A stretch of DNA of 63,922 bases, the filler included, from an uncultured bacterium (GTDB taxonomy: Bacteria; CAYUVA01), in NCBI GenBank assembly GCA_964448115.1. It is 4 parts of 4 records of this genome, joined end to end, with 100 filler letters (N's around TTAATTAATTAA, not from the genome) between each part and the next. Parts side by side here need not be neighbours in the genome. Positions count along the whole stretch, not along the records: positions 45,182 to 60,182 come from CAYUVA010000063.1; 3 more parts are not named here. One strand, written 5' to 3'. The notes under the pieces are model-generated. The model was not told the origin of the DNA. It saw only the letters and a list, made by a program, of their open reading frames with translations, and made no database searches. Shown here piece by piece: positions 48,187 through 58,785 of this stretch (position 1 is the stretch's first letter; each line of letters opens with the position of its first letter). Both the position numbers and the translations under genes were made by a program.

Positions 48187-49304
48187 TGACTCCCTTCGAG
48201 GTCAAGGCAGACTGTCGCTACTACATCGGGGAGAAGCCGTGCAAGTTCAAGCGCCTCTGCTACGGTTGCGAGCACTATGCAAAGCCGGATGCCAGGATAT
48301 TAATCATCAAGCTCGGCGCTTTGGGGGATGTCCTGAGGACGACCAGCATCCTGCACGGCTTGAAACGAAAGTTCCCCGAATGCCACATAACATGGTTAAC
48401 CGAGTCTCCCTCGCTCCAGTTGCTTAGCAATATCCCCCAGATAGACAGGCTGCTTTCCTTTAATTACGCAGACTGCCTGGCGCTCGAGGTCATGGAGTTC
48501 GATTACCTGTACAACTTTGACAAGGTTCCCGCAGCCACCTCCTTGGCGGTCAAGGTCAAGGCGAGACATAAGCTCGGCTTCAGCATCGATGCCAACGGAG
48601 CGCTAGGGGTCTTCAACCAGGCTAGCCTTTATGCGCTGAGACTAGGACTCGATGATGAGCTGAAGTTCAGGCATAACACCGAGACCTACCAGGAGACCAC
48701 CTTCAAGCAGGCTCAGCTTGAATATAAAAACGATGGATATATCTTCAACCTGACCGAAGATGAAAGGCAGGTTTCGGTTGAGCTTCGCAAAGAGCTGAAG
48801 CCTCCCTTGATCGGATTGAACACCGGCGCCGGGGATATCTTTGCAACCAAACGCTGGACAGCGGAGGGATTCATCAGGCTCGCCGAGCTGATTCATCACA
48901 AAGGCTTGGGCAGTATCCTAGTCCTGGGCGGTCCCAGCGAGGTGGAGAGGAACAGCTTTATTACCGCCGAGCTAAGCAAGAAAGGTATCCCGCACTATGA
49001 TGCTGGCTGCCACAATCCCATCCGCCGTTTTGCGAGCATTATAAATGCCTGCGATGTTATCGTTACTGCGGATAGCATTGCGATGCATCTCGGATTGGCT
49101 CTGGGGCGCAAGGTGGTGGTCTTTTTCGGACCTACTTGCGCACAGGAGGTCGAGATGTACGGCAGGGGTATCAAGATCGTTAAGCAAAGGGACTGTGCGC
49201 CATGCTATAAATCAGTCTGCCCGGAGCCGCCCTCATGCATCGAGGAGATGACACCCGATGAGGTGCTAGCCGGGATAGAAAAGCTACTAGCCAAGATGGA
49301 ATAA
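48186..49304 (+). CDS. GT9 family (heptosyltransferase-like) glycosyltransferase
   Basis: IIKLGALGDVLRT, KRW, DSIAMH, FFGPT, CAPC motifs. Confidence 0.9.
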   Translation: MTPFEVKADCRYYIGEKPCKFKRLCYGCEHYAKPDARILIIKLGALGDVLRTTSILHGLKRKFPECHITWLTESPSLQLLSNIPQIDRLLSFNYADCLALEVMEFDYLYNFDKVPAATSLAVKVKARHKLGFSIDANGALGVFNQASLYALRLGLDDELKFRHNTETYQETTFKQAQLEYKNDGYIFNLTEDERQVSVELRKELKPPLIGLNTGAGDIFATKRWTAEGFIRLAELIHHKGLGSILVLGGPSEVERNSFITAELSKKGIPHYDAGCHNPIRRFASIINACDVIVTADSIAMHLGLALGRKVVVFFGPTCAQEVEMYGRGIKIVKQRDCAPCYKSVCPEPPSCIEEMTPDEVLAGIEKLLAKME

Positions 49305-49331
49305 CTAAGAGTGGATTAGCCTTATACCATT

Positions 49332-50192
49332 GTGGAAGGAGATAAGAGGTTGTACAAGATCATCCGAAAAGAACAGCTTAGCGGAAACAACTCACTACTC
49401 GAGGTACGAGCAGAACTGGTGGCCAACAAGGCTAAGGCAGGGCAGTTCGTTATCATCAGACCCGACGAGATCGGGGAAAGGATACCGATATCCCTGGCTG
49501 GCATCCATCCGGAAAAGGGGACTTTAACCATGGTGATCCAAAAGGTCGGTGTAACCTCAGCCAAGGTCTGTGCCAAAGGGGAGGGAGAATATCTGCACGA
49601 TCTGGTCGGTCCTCTTGGAAAGCCAACCCATATAGATAAGTTCGGCAATGTCTTTCTCGTGGGTGGTGGCATCGGCATTGCGCCTTTATACCCGGTAGCC
49701 AAGGCGATGAAGGAGGCTTCAAACAAGGTCAATATCATCATCGGCGCCAGGGATGAGAGCCTGCTCATCTACGAGAAGGAATTGGCTGAGGTGAGCGATG
49801 GGGTCTTTATCACCACCGACAACGGCAGCAAGGGAAGAAAGGGCTTTGTAACCGATGAGCTTAAAGCGCATATCGAGGCAGGGGAAAAGATAGAGCTTGT
49901 AATCGCGATTGGCCCGGTAATAATGATGCGAGCAGTGAGCGAGCTAACCAAGCCGCATGGCATAAAGACCATCGTCAGCCTGAACCCTATCATGGTCGAT
50001 GGCACCGGCATGTGCGGAGCCTGTCGGGTTACCGTGGGGGGGAAGGTCAACTTCGCCTGCGTTGATGGACCCGAATTCGACGCCCACCTGGTCGATTTCG
50101 ATGAGCTTATACTGCGCAACCAGTACTACCTCGAAGAGGAGAGATACTCCTATGACCTTTTCAAGAGACATCATAGCGGAGGTTGCTGCTAA
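49332..50192 (+). CDS. nfnA: NfnA/SudB-type FAD/2Fe-2S subunit of NADH-dependent ferredoxin:NADP+ oxidoreductase
   Basis: GQFVIIR..GERIP, GGGIGIAP, DGTGMCGACR..CVDGPEF; adjacent to a GltD-like large subunit. Confidence 0.88.
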   Translation: MEGDKRLYKIIRKEQLSGNNSLLEVRAELVANKAKAGQFVIIRPDEIGERIPISLAGIHPEKGTLTMVIQKVGVTSAKVCAKGEGEYLHDLVGPLGKPTHIDKFGNVFLVGGGIGIAPLYPVAKAMKEASNKVNIIIGARDESLLIYEKELAEVSDGVFITTDNGSKGRKGFVTDELKAHIEAGEKIELVIAIGPVIMMRAVSELTKPHGIKTIVSLNPIMVDGTGMCGACRVTVGGKVNFACVDGPEFDAHLVDFDELILRNQYYLEEERYSYDLFKRHHSGGCC

Positions 50193-50194
50193 CC

Positions 50195-51649
50195 ATGGCT
50201 GAGACAAGCAAGGACAAGAAGAAGAAAAAAGAAAAGATCAAGATAATCCCCAAGAAGTACCCTAGCCCGGAACAAGATCCCAAGCAGCGGATAAACAACT
50301 TCAGCGAGGTAGCTCTGGGGCTGGATGAACAGACAGCCATAAAAGAGGCGCAACGCTGCCTATTCTGCAAGAAAGCGCCATGTATCCCCGGCTGCCCGGT
50401 CGAGATAGATATACCCGGCTTCCTTAAGCTTATAATCGAGGGTAAGTTTGTGGAGGCTGCGCGCAAGATCAAGGAGAAAAACGCACTGCCAGCGATATGC
50501 GGAAGGGTATGTCCCCAGGAGACGCAGTGCGAGGTGGTCTGCGCATTGGCACATAAATTCGAGCCGGTGGCTATCGGCAGGCTGGAACGATTCGTCGCCG
50601 ATTATGAGCGAAAGATAAGCGCAGTCGAGATGCCTCAAAAAGCCCCTGCAACCGGAATGAAGGTGGCTGTGGTGGGAGCCGGACCCGCTGGCTTGACCGT
50701 GGCTGCTGACCTTGTGCAACTGGGGCACCAGGTTACTATCTTCGAGTCGCTGCACCTGCCCGGGGGGGTCCTCGTGTATGGCATCCCTGAATTCAGGCTA
50801 CCCAAGGAGATAGTCAAGGCTGAGGTCGATTACCTGCAAAGGCTCGGCGTAAAGATCGTTACCAACTTCATCGTGGGCAAGACAGCCAGCATAGATGAGC
50901 TTTTTGGTCAGGGCTACGATGCGATATTCTTGGGGTGTGGAGCCGGACTCCCCTACTTCATGGGTATCGAAGGCGAGAATGCGAGCGGGGTCTATTCTGC
51001 AAACGAGTTTCTGACCCGCGTCAACCTGATGAGAGCCTACGAGTTCCCCAAGTCCGACACGCCCATAAAAAAGACTAAGGTATATGTAACCGTCGGCGGG
51101 GGCAATACGGCAATGGATGCAGCCAGGGTATCACTACGCTTGGGCGCTGAAAGATCGATCCTGGTCTATCGGCGCTCGGAAAAGGAGATGCCAGCAAGGA
51201 TCGAGGAGATCGAACACGCCAAGGAAGAAGGGGTCGAATTCCATCTGCTCAGAAACCCCAAGCGCATCATCACTGACGAGAAGAACCGGGTAAAGGCGAT
51301 GGAGATAATCAAGATGGAACTCGGAGAACCTGATGAATCGGGGAGAAGGAGACCTGTACCCATTGAAGGCTCTGAGTATATCATCGACTGCGATGTGGTG
51401 ATAGTTGCCATCGGACAAGAGCCGAATCCGCTGATCACCAAGGCAACCCCGGGACTGAAGCTTGGTAGAAAGAACACGGTCGTGATCGACAAGGAGACCG
51501 GACAGACCAGCATCCCCGGCGTATTTGCCGGCGGAGACATAGTTACCGGAGGCGCCACGGTCATTTTGGCAATGGGACAGGCAAGAGTAGCCGGCAGGGC
51601 GATGCACCAATACCTGATGAAGAAAAAAGGGGAGCGGGAGAGGTGCTAG
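50195..51649 (+). CDS. nfnB: NfnB/SudA-type (GltD-like) large subunit
   Basis: RCLFC..PC..GCP, CGRVCPQETQC, GAGPAG, GGGNTAMD, GGDIVTG; no GltB gene nearby; GGAGG SD before ATG 50195. Confidence 0.88.
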   Translation: MAETSKDKKKKKEKIKIIPKKYPSPEQDPKQRINNFSEVALGLDEQTAIKEAQRCLFCKKAPCIPGCPVEIDIPGFLKLIIEGKFVEAARKIKEKNALPAICGRVCPQETQCEVVCALAHKFEPVAIGRLERFVADYERKISAVEMPQKAPATGMKVAVVGAGPAGLTVAADLVQLGHQVTIFESLHLPGGVLVYGIPEFRLPKEIVKAEVDYLQRLGVKIVTNFIVGKTASIDELFGQGYDAIFLGCGAGLPYFMGIEGENASGVYSANEFLTRVNLMRAYEFPKSDTPIKKTKVYVTVGGGNTAMDAARVSLRLGAERSILVYRRSEKEMPARIEEIEHAKEEGVEFHLLRNPKRIITDEKNRVKAMEIIKMELGEPDESGRRRPVPIEGSEYIIDCDVVIVAIGQEPNPLITKATPGLKLGRKNTVVIDKETGQTSIPGVFAGGDIVTGGATVILAMGQARVAGRAMHQYLMKKKGERERC

Positions 51650-51656
51650 CCACAGC

Positions 51657-52589
51657 CTACTGCGAAGGTGATGGTGTTGATACCGACTTGGGCGTAGGGC
51701 TAGGGGTTGGAGTGCAAGTAGGCTCCCATATATCTATAATTCGTGTAGTCGAACCATCAATTGTATAACCGAGCTGCGCCCGGTAGTGCTCCAATCTATT
51801 GTAATAAATGCTTACATTCCACTCATCAGCGCAGTACTCTTCCTCGATGTTCAGTAGATAGGGACCTTTCCACTCTGGCTCCCCGCAGCTACCGTAGGTC
51901 GGGGTGGCGGTCGGTCCTGGGGCTGGCGTCGGCGGAAAACGAAGATCTTTGTAGTCATTACAGTCGTAATTCACCCTCTCTGGAAAGGCTAGCATGTCTG
52001 AATAATAGAACCTTAGTGCCTTCTCCAATCGCTCAATCTTTTGCAGGGTTTTCTGTAGCTTCTCTCTGTCGGTGGGGCGCCTGCTCACCAGGATGTAAAT
52101 GTCATCGCCTGCGCTACCAAGAACCCAGTTGTCGCCAATGCTTCCGCTCATGTCCTGCGCCTGGTTGGCGCCGTATGACAAAATGAAGGCATCGAAGTCG
52201 GTGGCGCCATTTATGGTCGGAGCACGGTCATAAATATACGGGTTACCCCAGGCATCGCTTATAAGATCATACTTGGAGAAGGAGGATAGGTAGGGTCCGT
52301 TCCAGTGTTCCCAGCCCTCTGGATTGGATAAAAGATAACCCAATTCAATACCCCCGGGATCATCTTGTACATCTGGCGGAAAGGCGTTGATATCCTCGTA
52401 AAAAGCGAGTAATGCTTCCTTTATATTATCCAGCTCGTTTTGGGTCGCCTGGTTACGGGATCTCTCCAGCTCCTGCCATCCCAATGGGACGATGACGCCT
52501 ACAAGCGCCATGAGCACAGCCAGCACGACGATGACCTCGAGCAGGGTCATACCCTTAAATGCTCGAGGCTGGTTGCTAATGCTATTCAT
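51657..52589 (-). CDS. Type II secretion GspG-like pseudopilin/type IV pilin with duplicated domain and Pro/Thr tracts
   Basis: Prepilin site G/MTLLEVIVVLAVL; WNGPYL...DAWGNPYIY and a second WKGPYL...DEWN; likely start ATG 52589. Confidence 0.8.
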   Translation of the reverse strand: MNSISNQPRAFKGMTLLEVIVVLAVLMALVGVIVPLGWQELERSRNQATQNELDNIKEALLAFYEDINAFPPDVQDDPGGIELGYLLSNPEGWEHWNGPYLSSFSKYDLISDAWGNPYIYDRAPTINGATDFDAFILSYGANQAQDMSGSIGDNWVLGSAGDDIYILVSRRPTDREKLQKTLQKIERLEKALRFYYSDMLAFPERVNYDCNDYKDLRFPPTPAPGPTATPTYGSCGEPEWKGPYLLNIEEEYCADEWNVSIYYNRLEHYRAQLGYTIDGSTTRIIDIWEPTCTPTPSPTPKSVSTPSPSQ

Positions 52590-52590
52590 T

Positions 52591-53112
52591 TCAGAATCCC
52601 TCCAGTATGAGGCTGACCAGGCTCTCGGCAAAGTCCTTTGCAACCTCCTCCCAGCCCTGCCTCTCCATCATGGCTCGGTCATCGATGTTCTCGGCAGCCT
52701 GGTAGTCGCGGTTCATAATAAAGCCTTGCTGCTCGAATTGAACCTGTTTCTTCACCAGGTCATACAACTGTATATCAGCCCTGATTTGAATGCGGTATTC
52801 GTTGACGCTGCCGTCAGAGCGATAGCTTATCGGCACCAGAGTATATTCGGTTATTACGCCCTTGAGTACTCCATCTGCCTTATCGAGATCCACCACTTCC
52901 ATGCCCTTATAGCTGTTCAGCCGCTCCACGACCTTATAGGTGATGATCGTCTCCAGGTCATATTGGGTGGTGCGGTTCTCAAAGACAGGGACATTTATCC
53001 TGCGCAGGTGTTCAGGTAGAAACACCCCCCTGCCTACCAGGGTGTATCCGCATCCCTGTAGGCAGCTCATCATGGTGATGCAGAGTATTAAGAACCTGGC
53101 TATAACTGGCAT
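52591..53112 (-). CDS. lptE: LptE-family lipoprotein
   Basis: Lipobox LQG-CGY, INVPVFENRT, ADGVLKGVI; likely start ATG 53112. Confidence 0.75.
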   Translation of the reverse strand: MPVIARFLILCITMMSCLQGCGYTLVGRGVFLPEHLRRINVPVFENRTTQYDLETIITYKVVERLNSYKGMEVVDLDKADGVLKGVITEYTLVPISYRSDGSVNEYRIQIRADIQLYDLVKKQVQFEQQGFIMNRDYQAAENIDDRAMMERQGWEEVAKDFAESLVSLILEGF

Positions 53113-53171
53113 GAACCCTTTATTCCTTGGTGCCTTGGTGGTTAAAAAACCCTCAAGCCTCAAGCCTTTCC

Positions 53172-53762
53172 CTACAGCGAGGCGATGGCGATGACTAAAG
53201 CAATTATTGCAAAGACGCTTACCAGGATGGCGCCTAGTACCATTATCCCTATTGGCATCAGGAACACGGAGATAGCCTTGCCGGTGTTCAGGCGATAGAC
53301 CTCCCTGATACCGACTATCATCAGCCCCAGCACCCAGAAAGTTACCAGCAGCTTGATGAGCATCATCAGTCCTTTTCCGATCGCTCCCAGCGCTTGCAAT
53401 CCAAGCGCCAGCGGGGGAAAGAATATCATCGGCAACATGCTAAGGCAGAGGACACCGAACAGGGTGCCACCGCTTCCACCACCACCAAAGGCGGTTGCAA
53501 AATAATGGAAGAAGACAGCCATCAAAAAGATGGTGATCAAGTACCCCAATAGCTGGGAGAGGTAGCCTACGATGAACAGCCCTGCATTGGCTTTGAATGG
53601 ATACGAAGCGCCGATCGACTTGCTTACTACCTGGGTGAAGGCGATGATAAGTAATGTAATCAGAGCCAGCGCCATGGGTCTCTCCTCCGATGCTCTGCGC
53701 ATGGCGTATCCGGGACGAGCCAGGATGTTATAATATGTTGCCAGCATTCCCATGTTCTTCAC
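53172..53762 (-). CDS. Yip1-domain membrane protein
   Basis: Five TM helices, FGGGGS loop, W...L...GIREVYRL..GKA. Confidence 0.75.
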   Translation of the reverse strand: MKNMGMLATYYNILARPGYAMRRASEERPMALALITLLIIAFTQVVSKSIGASYPFKANAGLFIVGYLSQLLGYLITIFLMAVFFHYFATAFGGGGSGGTLFGVLCLSMLPMIFFPPLALGLQALGAIGKGLMMLIKLLVTFWVLGLMIVGIREVYRLNTGKAISVFLMPIGIMVLGAILVSVFAIIALVIAIASL

Positions 53763-53766
53763 CCTC

Positions 53767-54771
53767 CTATTTTAGATATCCTGGGTACAGGTAGGTTACC
53801 GGCAGGTAGCTGCTCGTGTTGTTGGTGCCGAATAAAAAATCCGAGGCGGTTGCAGGCTTTTTAGAGGTGCTTATATTGAAGAATTCAAAGAATGTCTCCA
53901 GGTCGGAGAGCTTATCCTCGACTATATAAGGTTCTCCCTCCAAGCCAGCCATTTGATATGCAGCCTTTACCGCATCCTTGAAGGAGCCAAGCTCATCGAC
54001 CAGATTGTATTCCATAGCCTCGGCGCCGGTCATTATCCTTCCATCAGCAAAAGCCCGAAGCTCTTCTTTGGGAATGCCCCTTCCCTCGGCTACTGCGTTT
54101 AAGAACTGGTCATACACGCTATCTACCGTCTCTTGAAGCAGCGTTCTTTCCTCCTCGGTCATCTCCCGCCAGGGATTGAGCACATCCTTGTATTTACCGC
54201 TTTTTATGACATTCATTCCCACTCCGATCTTCTCGCCCAGACCGGTGAGGTCTAATCCGCCGATGAATACGCCGATGGAGCCGGTTATAGTGCCCGGATT
54301 GGCGAATATCTTGTCCGCCTTGCAGGAGATATAGTATCCCCCCGAGGCAGCCATATCCCCCATTGAGACCACGACCTTTTTCCCATCTTCCCTTGCCTTG
54401 ACCACCTGTTCGAGTATCTCCTGCGATGCGCCGACGGTGCCGCCGGGGCTGTTCACCCGCAGCACGATAGCCTTGACCTTGTCATTCTTGCGTAGTTTCT
54501 CGAATCTTTTGATAACATAGTCAGCACCGCCGATGGGAAGATCAAAGATATTGCGTTCTGTCTCGGTCTGTATTGGCCCGTAAACTTTAACTATGCCTAC
54601 GCCATCCTTCTTCGCCACCATCCCGGAGAATATGCCGGAGAGCTTCTTATCAACATCGGCAGCGGTCGATTCTTTTGCAGATGGTGCCTTGAAGATGTAC
54701 ACCACGCCGGCAACGGTGCCGATGGTTACCAGGATCAGCAGCACAGCCATTATCGCCTTTTCACTTGTCAT
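53767..54771 (-). CDS. sppA: Signal peptide peptidase SppA (36K type, S49)
   Basis: LRVNSPGG, MAASGGYY, TGSIGV, KSGKYKD. Confidence 0.93.
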   Translation of the reverse strand: MTSEKAIMAVLLILVTIGTVAGVVYIFKAPSAKESTAADVDKKLSGIFSGMVAKKDGVGIVKVYGPIQTETERNIFDLPIGGADYVIKRFEKLRKNDKVKAIVLRVNSPGGTVGASQEILEQVVKAREDGKKVVVSMGDMAASGGYYISCKADKIFANPGTITGSIGVFIGGLDLTGLGEKIGVGMNVIKSGKYKDVLNPWREMTEEERTLLQETVDSVYDQFLNAVAEGRGIPKEELRAFADGRIMTGAEAMEYNLVDELGSFKDAVKAAYQMAGLEGEPYIVEDKLSDLETFFEFFNISTSKKPATASDFLFGTNNTSSYLPVTYLYPGYLK

Positions 54772-54943
54772 TCATGTACTCCTTACCAAGAAATTCTCGT
54801 TTAGCATAACTATTTAATTATACCGCTATAACATTGAAATTCAAATAAGCCGAAGCGATGGGGTTTTGCCCCTTTGTTGATTTATGATTTCAGCTATATT
54901 AAATAAAATCTAGCATGTATAAACCGGGAAAGGATCTAGCATT

Positions 54944-57900
54944 ATGAGACGGTTTCTCCACATTCTAACCTTATGGTTGGTCTGCGCAACGGCTTTACTA
55001 GCATATTGCTCCAATAGCGATGGCGAAAAGCTGCTGATCAGGCTGTATTTCGATGATTACAAGCAAGAGGCTCCGCTGGTTGCTGCTGAGGGTTTCGATA
55101 TCGCCGGCGTCAATCTAAGGCAACAGACGATGGATATTGTCATATACAGCGATGAGCTTTTTCGTCTCCAACTAATGGGCATAAAATACGAGCTTATCTA
55201 CACCGAGAAGGAAATAACCGTAGATCCTGACTTCAAGACCCCGGCAGAGGTTGCACAGATACTAAGTGACTACGAGGCTGATTATCCAGATATAGCAAAG
55301 GTCTATTCCATAGGAACCACTCTGGAGGGGAGAAATATCTGGGCGATGAAGATCTCCGATAATGTGGATCAGGATGAGGACGAGTTTGCGATCAACTTTA
55401 ACGGTTGTCATCATGCCAGGGAGGATATGTCAATCGAGGTGCCGCTCGATATCATCGAGTATCTCCTGACCGGATACGGCAGCGATCCCCAGGCGACCAA
55501 GTGGGTGAACAAGTACGAGTTCTGGATAATCCCCATGGTCAATCCGGATGGTAACAATTATATGTGGACCTCGGATAGCATGTGGCGCAAGAACCGGCGA
55601 CCGGGCAGCACCTGTTATGGAGTGGACAACAATCGCAACTATCCCTACAATTGGGGCGGCTGTGGCGGTTCCAGCGGAAATGAATGTGCCGATGATTACC
55701 GGGGTCCATCTGCAGGTTCCGAGCTGGAAACTCAGGCGATGGTCGCGCTGGCAAACAATCAGCGCTTCGTAACATCTATTTCATACCACTCCTACAGCGA
55801 GCTTGTCCTTTACCCTTATAGCTGCTCTGGCGAGTACACCGCGGATCACGATGCCATAAGCCAGATCGGTATAACCATGGCAAACCTGATCCAAGGGGAC
55901 AGCGGGGGGCATTATACGCCGGGCACACCTTGGGAGATCCTATATGCGGTCGATGGTGGCGATATCGACTGGTATTACAATGAGCTTGGGGATTTCCCGT
56001 TTGTGGTTGAGCTAAATTCCAGTTCCCAGGGATTTCACCCAGATTACTCCTGGCGGGATCCGACCTGCCAGCGCAATCGACCAGGCTGGCAGTACCTAAT
56101 AAATCGACTAGAAGGACCTGGTATCTACGGTCATGTACGCAACGCCTGTACCGGCGAGCCTCTGGAGGCGACTATTTCGATCAGCGAGATCGACTTTTCC
56201 TACAACGAGAAGCCGCGGCGCAGCCATCCGCAGCACGGAAGCTACCTCTGGATGCTGCTGCCCGGCACCTATCATGTAAACTTCACCAAGGTCGGCTTCT
56301 CTCCCTTGACCCTTGAGGTTTCTGTTGGCAACGATGCCCTCGAGGTCGATGGAATGCTCACCCCGCTAGGCGCCAACGGATTAATGGTCTATTCGAGCAC
56401 GGTACTTGATGGCGAGGAAGGTGATGGGGACCAGACGGTTGATCCCGGCGAGTCCTTCAAGCTTAGGATCTCTGCCGTTGCCACCGGTGGCGATCTTACT
56501 GGTATCTCCGCCATTATCGATAGTGTTGACCCCTATCTAACTATAAATGATGATACTGCCTCGTTTCCTGATATACCCGGCGGTCAGTCGGCTGCCTCTA
56601 TTGAGCCGCACTTTGCAATGAGCGTCTCTGAGCAATGCCCGGAGGGACATTATGTGGATCTCAATATCACCTTTTATGCTGATCAGGATCTTTGTATCAA
56701 CAAGGATAAGCTGAGCCTTAAGGTGAGCGAATATGCATATAGCTGCCCCATATACGAGGAGACGCTGGATATCGATCCGGGGTGGAGCATATCAAATAGC
56801 GGCTCCGGCGGCTGGGAGTTTGGCATTCCGCAGGGCAAAGTATCCGGTCCTACTGGTGGAAACACCGGTTTTTATGTCTATGGCACCAATCTAAATGGTA
56901 ATTATGGAGATAATGTTAACCATAAACTGACCGCTGGTCCCTTTGATTGCAGCCTGATTCAGGACACCGAGTTGATATTCTACCGCTGGCTGGGCAACGA
57001 GAACGGCTACGATACCGCTTATGTCGAGGTCAGCCCTGATGGGTTCAACTGGACCGTGGTCTGGGGCGGATACGCGCAGGATACGAGTTGGAAGCGTATG
57101 CAGTATGATATATCACCGGTCGCAGACGGCGTTTCCACTGTCTTCGTGCGCTTCAGGCTCACCTCAGATACCAGCGTTACCGACTGCGGATTCTATGTGG
57201 ATGATCTATCCATTTGCGGCAACACGGTGAGCATCCCCAATTTCCGCCTTGACTCGATCACCTACGATGACCGAGCCGGCGCCTGTTTTGATGGCGATGG
57301 ATACCTCGACCTCGGCGAGGAGGCTGACTTGAATGTAACCATCAAGAACATCGGTAACACCAAGGCGACCGGGACCATCGTGCGCATCTATCCATCAAGC
57401 GAGCACATCTTCATACCATCGAATGAGTACCCGCTGGGCGAGATCGCATCTTATGGGGGAAGCGGCACGGCGAAATACCGACTCATCGCCCTTGATGATA
57501 CTGAGTGCATGGAGACGGTGGATCTCAACATCGTGATAACCTCCTCGGAGACGAGCAGCTCTGCTGTTTATTCAATGATGGTAGATCTCGACATAGAGGA
57601 GGATACAGGCGACCATTCCAATGGCTTCGAGGTGGAGCCACAGGATTGGCTTACCAGCGGATGGGAGCATAGCAGCGAAGAGAATCATACTCCAATGGGC
57701 ACCAAGAGCATGCATACGATCTATGTTCGCAACGCCTGCTCGCGGCTTACCTCGCCGGCTTTCAGATTATCGCCCACCGGCAGCTCGAAGCTTAGGTTCT
57801 GGAGCAAGTATGATATTGAAAATAAATACGATGGCGGTATCGTACAGGTTTTGGTTGAAGGCTCGAATAGTTGGCAGACGCTTAGTCTTACCCCCAGCTA

Positions 57901-58675
57901 TCCTGGCAGCACCAACAGCACGACATCCTCCTGCATCGGACAAAACCAGCCGTGCTTCACCGGCACCGACAATACCTGGACCGAGTATGTGGCTGATCTT
58001 GGCTCCTATCAGGGCGAAACGGTGCGTATAGGCTTTTTATTCGGCTCCGACAGCGCGGTTGAGGAGACCGGCTGGTACATAGATGATGTAACCATCTCGG
58101 ATGTGATCACCGAGACGACTATCTGCGATCAATATCCCTGTGGCGGTGCGACCTTGACGCCGACAGCAACTCCCACAGAGACCGGCATCATCACCCCGAC
58201 TCCGACGGCGACTCCCACAAATACTGTTACCATGAGCATTACCCCCACGGCGACCGCTACCTACAGCAGCACGGTTACAGTTACGGCTACTCCGAGCGTT
58301 ACTGCAAGCGCGACCCCGACCCCCAGCGCCACGGCTACCCAACCCGAAATTGATGCCTATATCAGCGTCGGTGGCTACATGGCCACGCGGTTGGAGAGCC
58401 GAGCCGGCGGGCAACTGGTGCTTATGACAATGATCAGCGGGGCAGATGCATCATCGGTTGAGTTGGTTGAATTGTACTACCAGGGAATGCCTACTGGAGT
58501 CCTTTTGGGGCATGATTGTGCTCCCTATGTCTTCGAGGATGAGAATATCTATTGTCTTAGCCTTTATATCGAGCCGGGGACTGCGCCAGCCCTGAAGGCT
58601 TTGTTGGAGGTAATTCCCCATCTGTCGCAAGGCATGGATGGCACCGGCTGGCCTAATCTTGTTTCCAGCAAATAA
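54944..58675 (+). CDS. Secreted M14 zinc carboxypeptidase (carboxypeptidase T-like) with accessory beta-sandwich domains, Thr/Pro linker and conserved C-terminal domain
   Basis: HHARE, NPDG, WRKN, GVDNNRNY, SYHSYS; jelly-roll-like domains (GFYVDD, GWYIDD); AYISVGGY...WPNLVSSK. Confidence 0.9.
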   Translation: MRRFLHILTLWLVCATALLAYCSNSDGEKLLIRLYFDDYKQEAPLVAAEGFDIAGVNLRQQTMDIVIYSDELFRLQLMGIKYELIYTEKEITVDPDFKTPAEVAQILSDYEADYPDIAKVYSIGTTLEGRNIWAMKISDNVDQDEDEFAINFNGCHHAREDMSIEVPLDIIEYLLTGYGSDPQATKWVNKYEFWIIPMVNPDGNNYMWTSDSMWRKNRRPGSTCYGVDNNRNYPYNWGGCGGSSGNECADDYRGPSAGSELETQAMVALANNQRFVTSISYHSYSELVLYPYSCSGEYTADHDAISQIGITMANLIQGDSGGHYTPGTPWEILYAVDGGDIDWYYNELGDFPFVVELNSSSQGFHPDYSWRDPTCQRNRPGWQYLINRLEGPGIYGHVRNACTGEPLEATISISEIDFSYNEKPRRSHPQHGSYLWMLLPGTYHVNFTKVGFSPLTLEVSVGNDALEVDGMLTPLGANGLMVYSSTVLDGEEGDGDQTVDPGESFKLRISAVATGGDLTGISAIIDSVDPYLTINDDTASFPDIPGGQSAASIEPHFAMSVSEQCPEGHYVDLNITFYADQDLCINKDKLSLKVSEYAYSCPIYEETLDIDPGWSISNSGSGGWEFGIPQGKVSGPTGGNTGFYVYGTNLNGNYGDNVNHKLTAGPFDCSLIQDTELIFYRWLGNENGYDTAYVEVSPDGFNWTVVWGGYAQDTSWKRMQYDISPVADGVSTVFVRFRLTSDTSVTDCGFYVDDLSICGNTVSIPNFRLDSITYDDRAGACFDGDGYLDLGEEADLNVTIKNIGNTKATGTIVRIYPSSEHIFIPSNEYPLGEIASYGGSGTAKYRLIALDDTECMETVDLNIVITSSETSSSAVYSMMVDLDIEEDTGDHSNGFEVEPQDWLTSGWEHSSEENHTPMGTKSMHTIYVRNACSRLTSPAFRLSPTGSSKLRFWSKYDIENKYDGGIVQVLVEGSNSWQTLSLTPSYPGSTNSTTSSCIGQNQPCFTGTDNTWTEYVADLGSYQGETVRIGFLFGSDSAVEETGWYIDDVTISDVITETTICDQYPCGGATLTPTATPTETGIITPTPTATPTNTVTMSITPTATATYSSTVTVTATPSVTASATPTPSATATQPEIDAYISVGGYMATRLESRAGGQLVLMTMISGADASSVELVELYYQGMPTGVLLGHDCAPYVFEDENIYCLSLYIEPGTAPALKALLEVIPHLSQGMDGTGWPNLVSSK

Positions 58676-58785
58676 GGATATTGCATTTTTATTGTGCTTG
58701 CTATAATGTTAGGATAAACGATGAAGAGATCAACTAGCCTTGGAATATGTTCACTAAGGCGATGAAACGAGTGAAGGAGCTTTTA

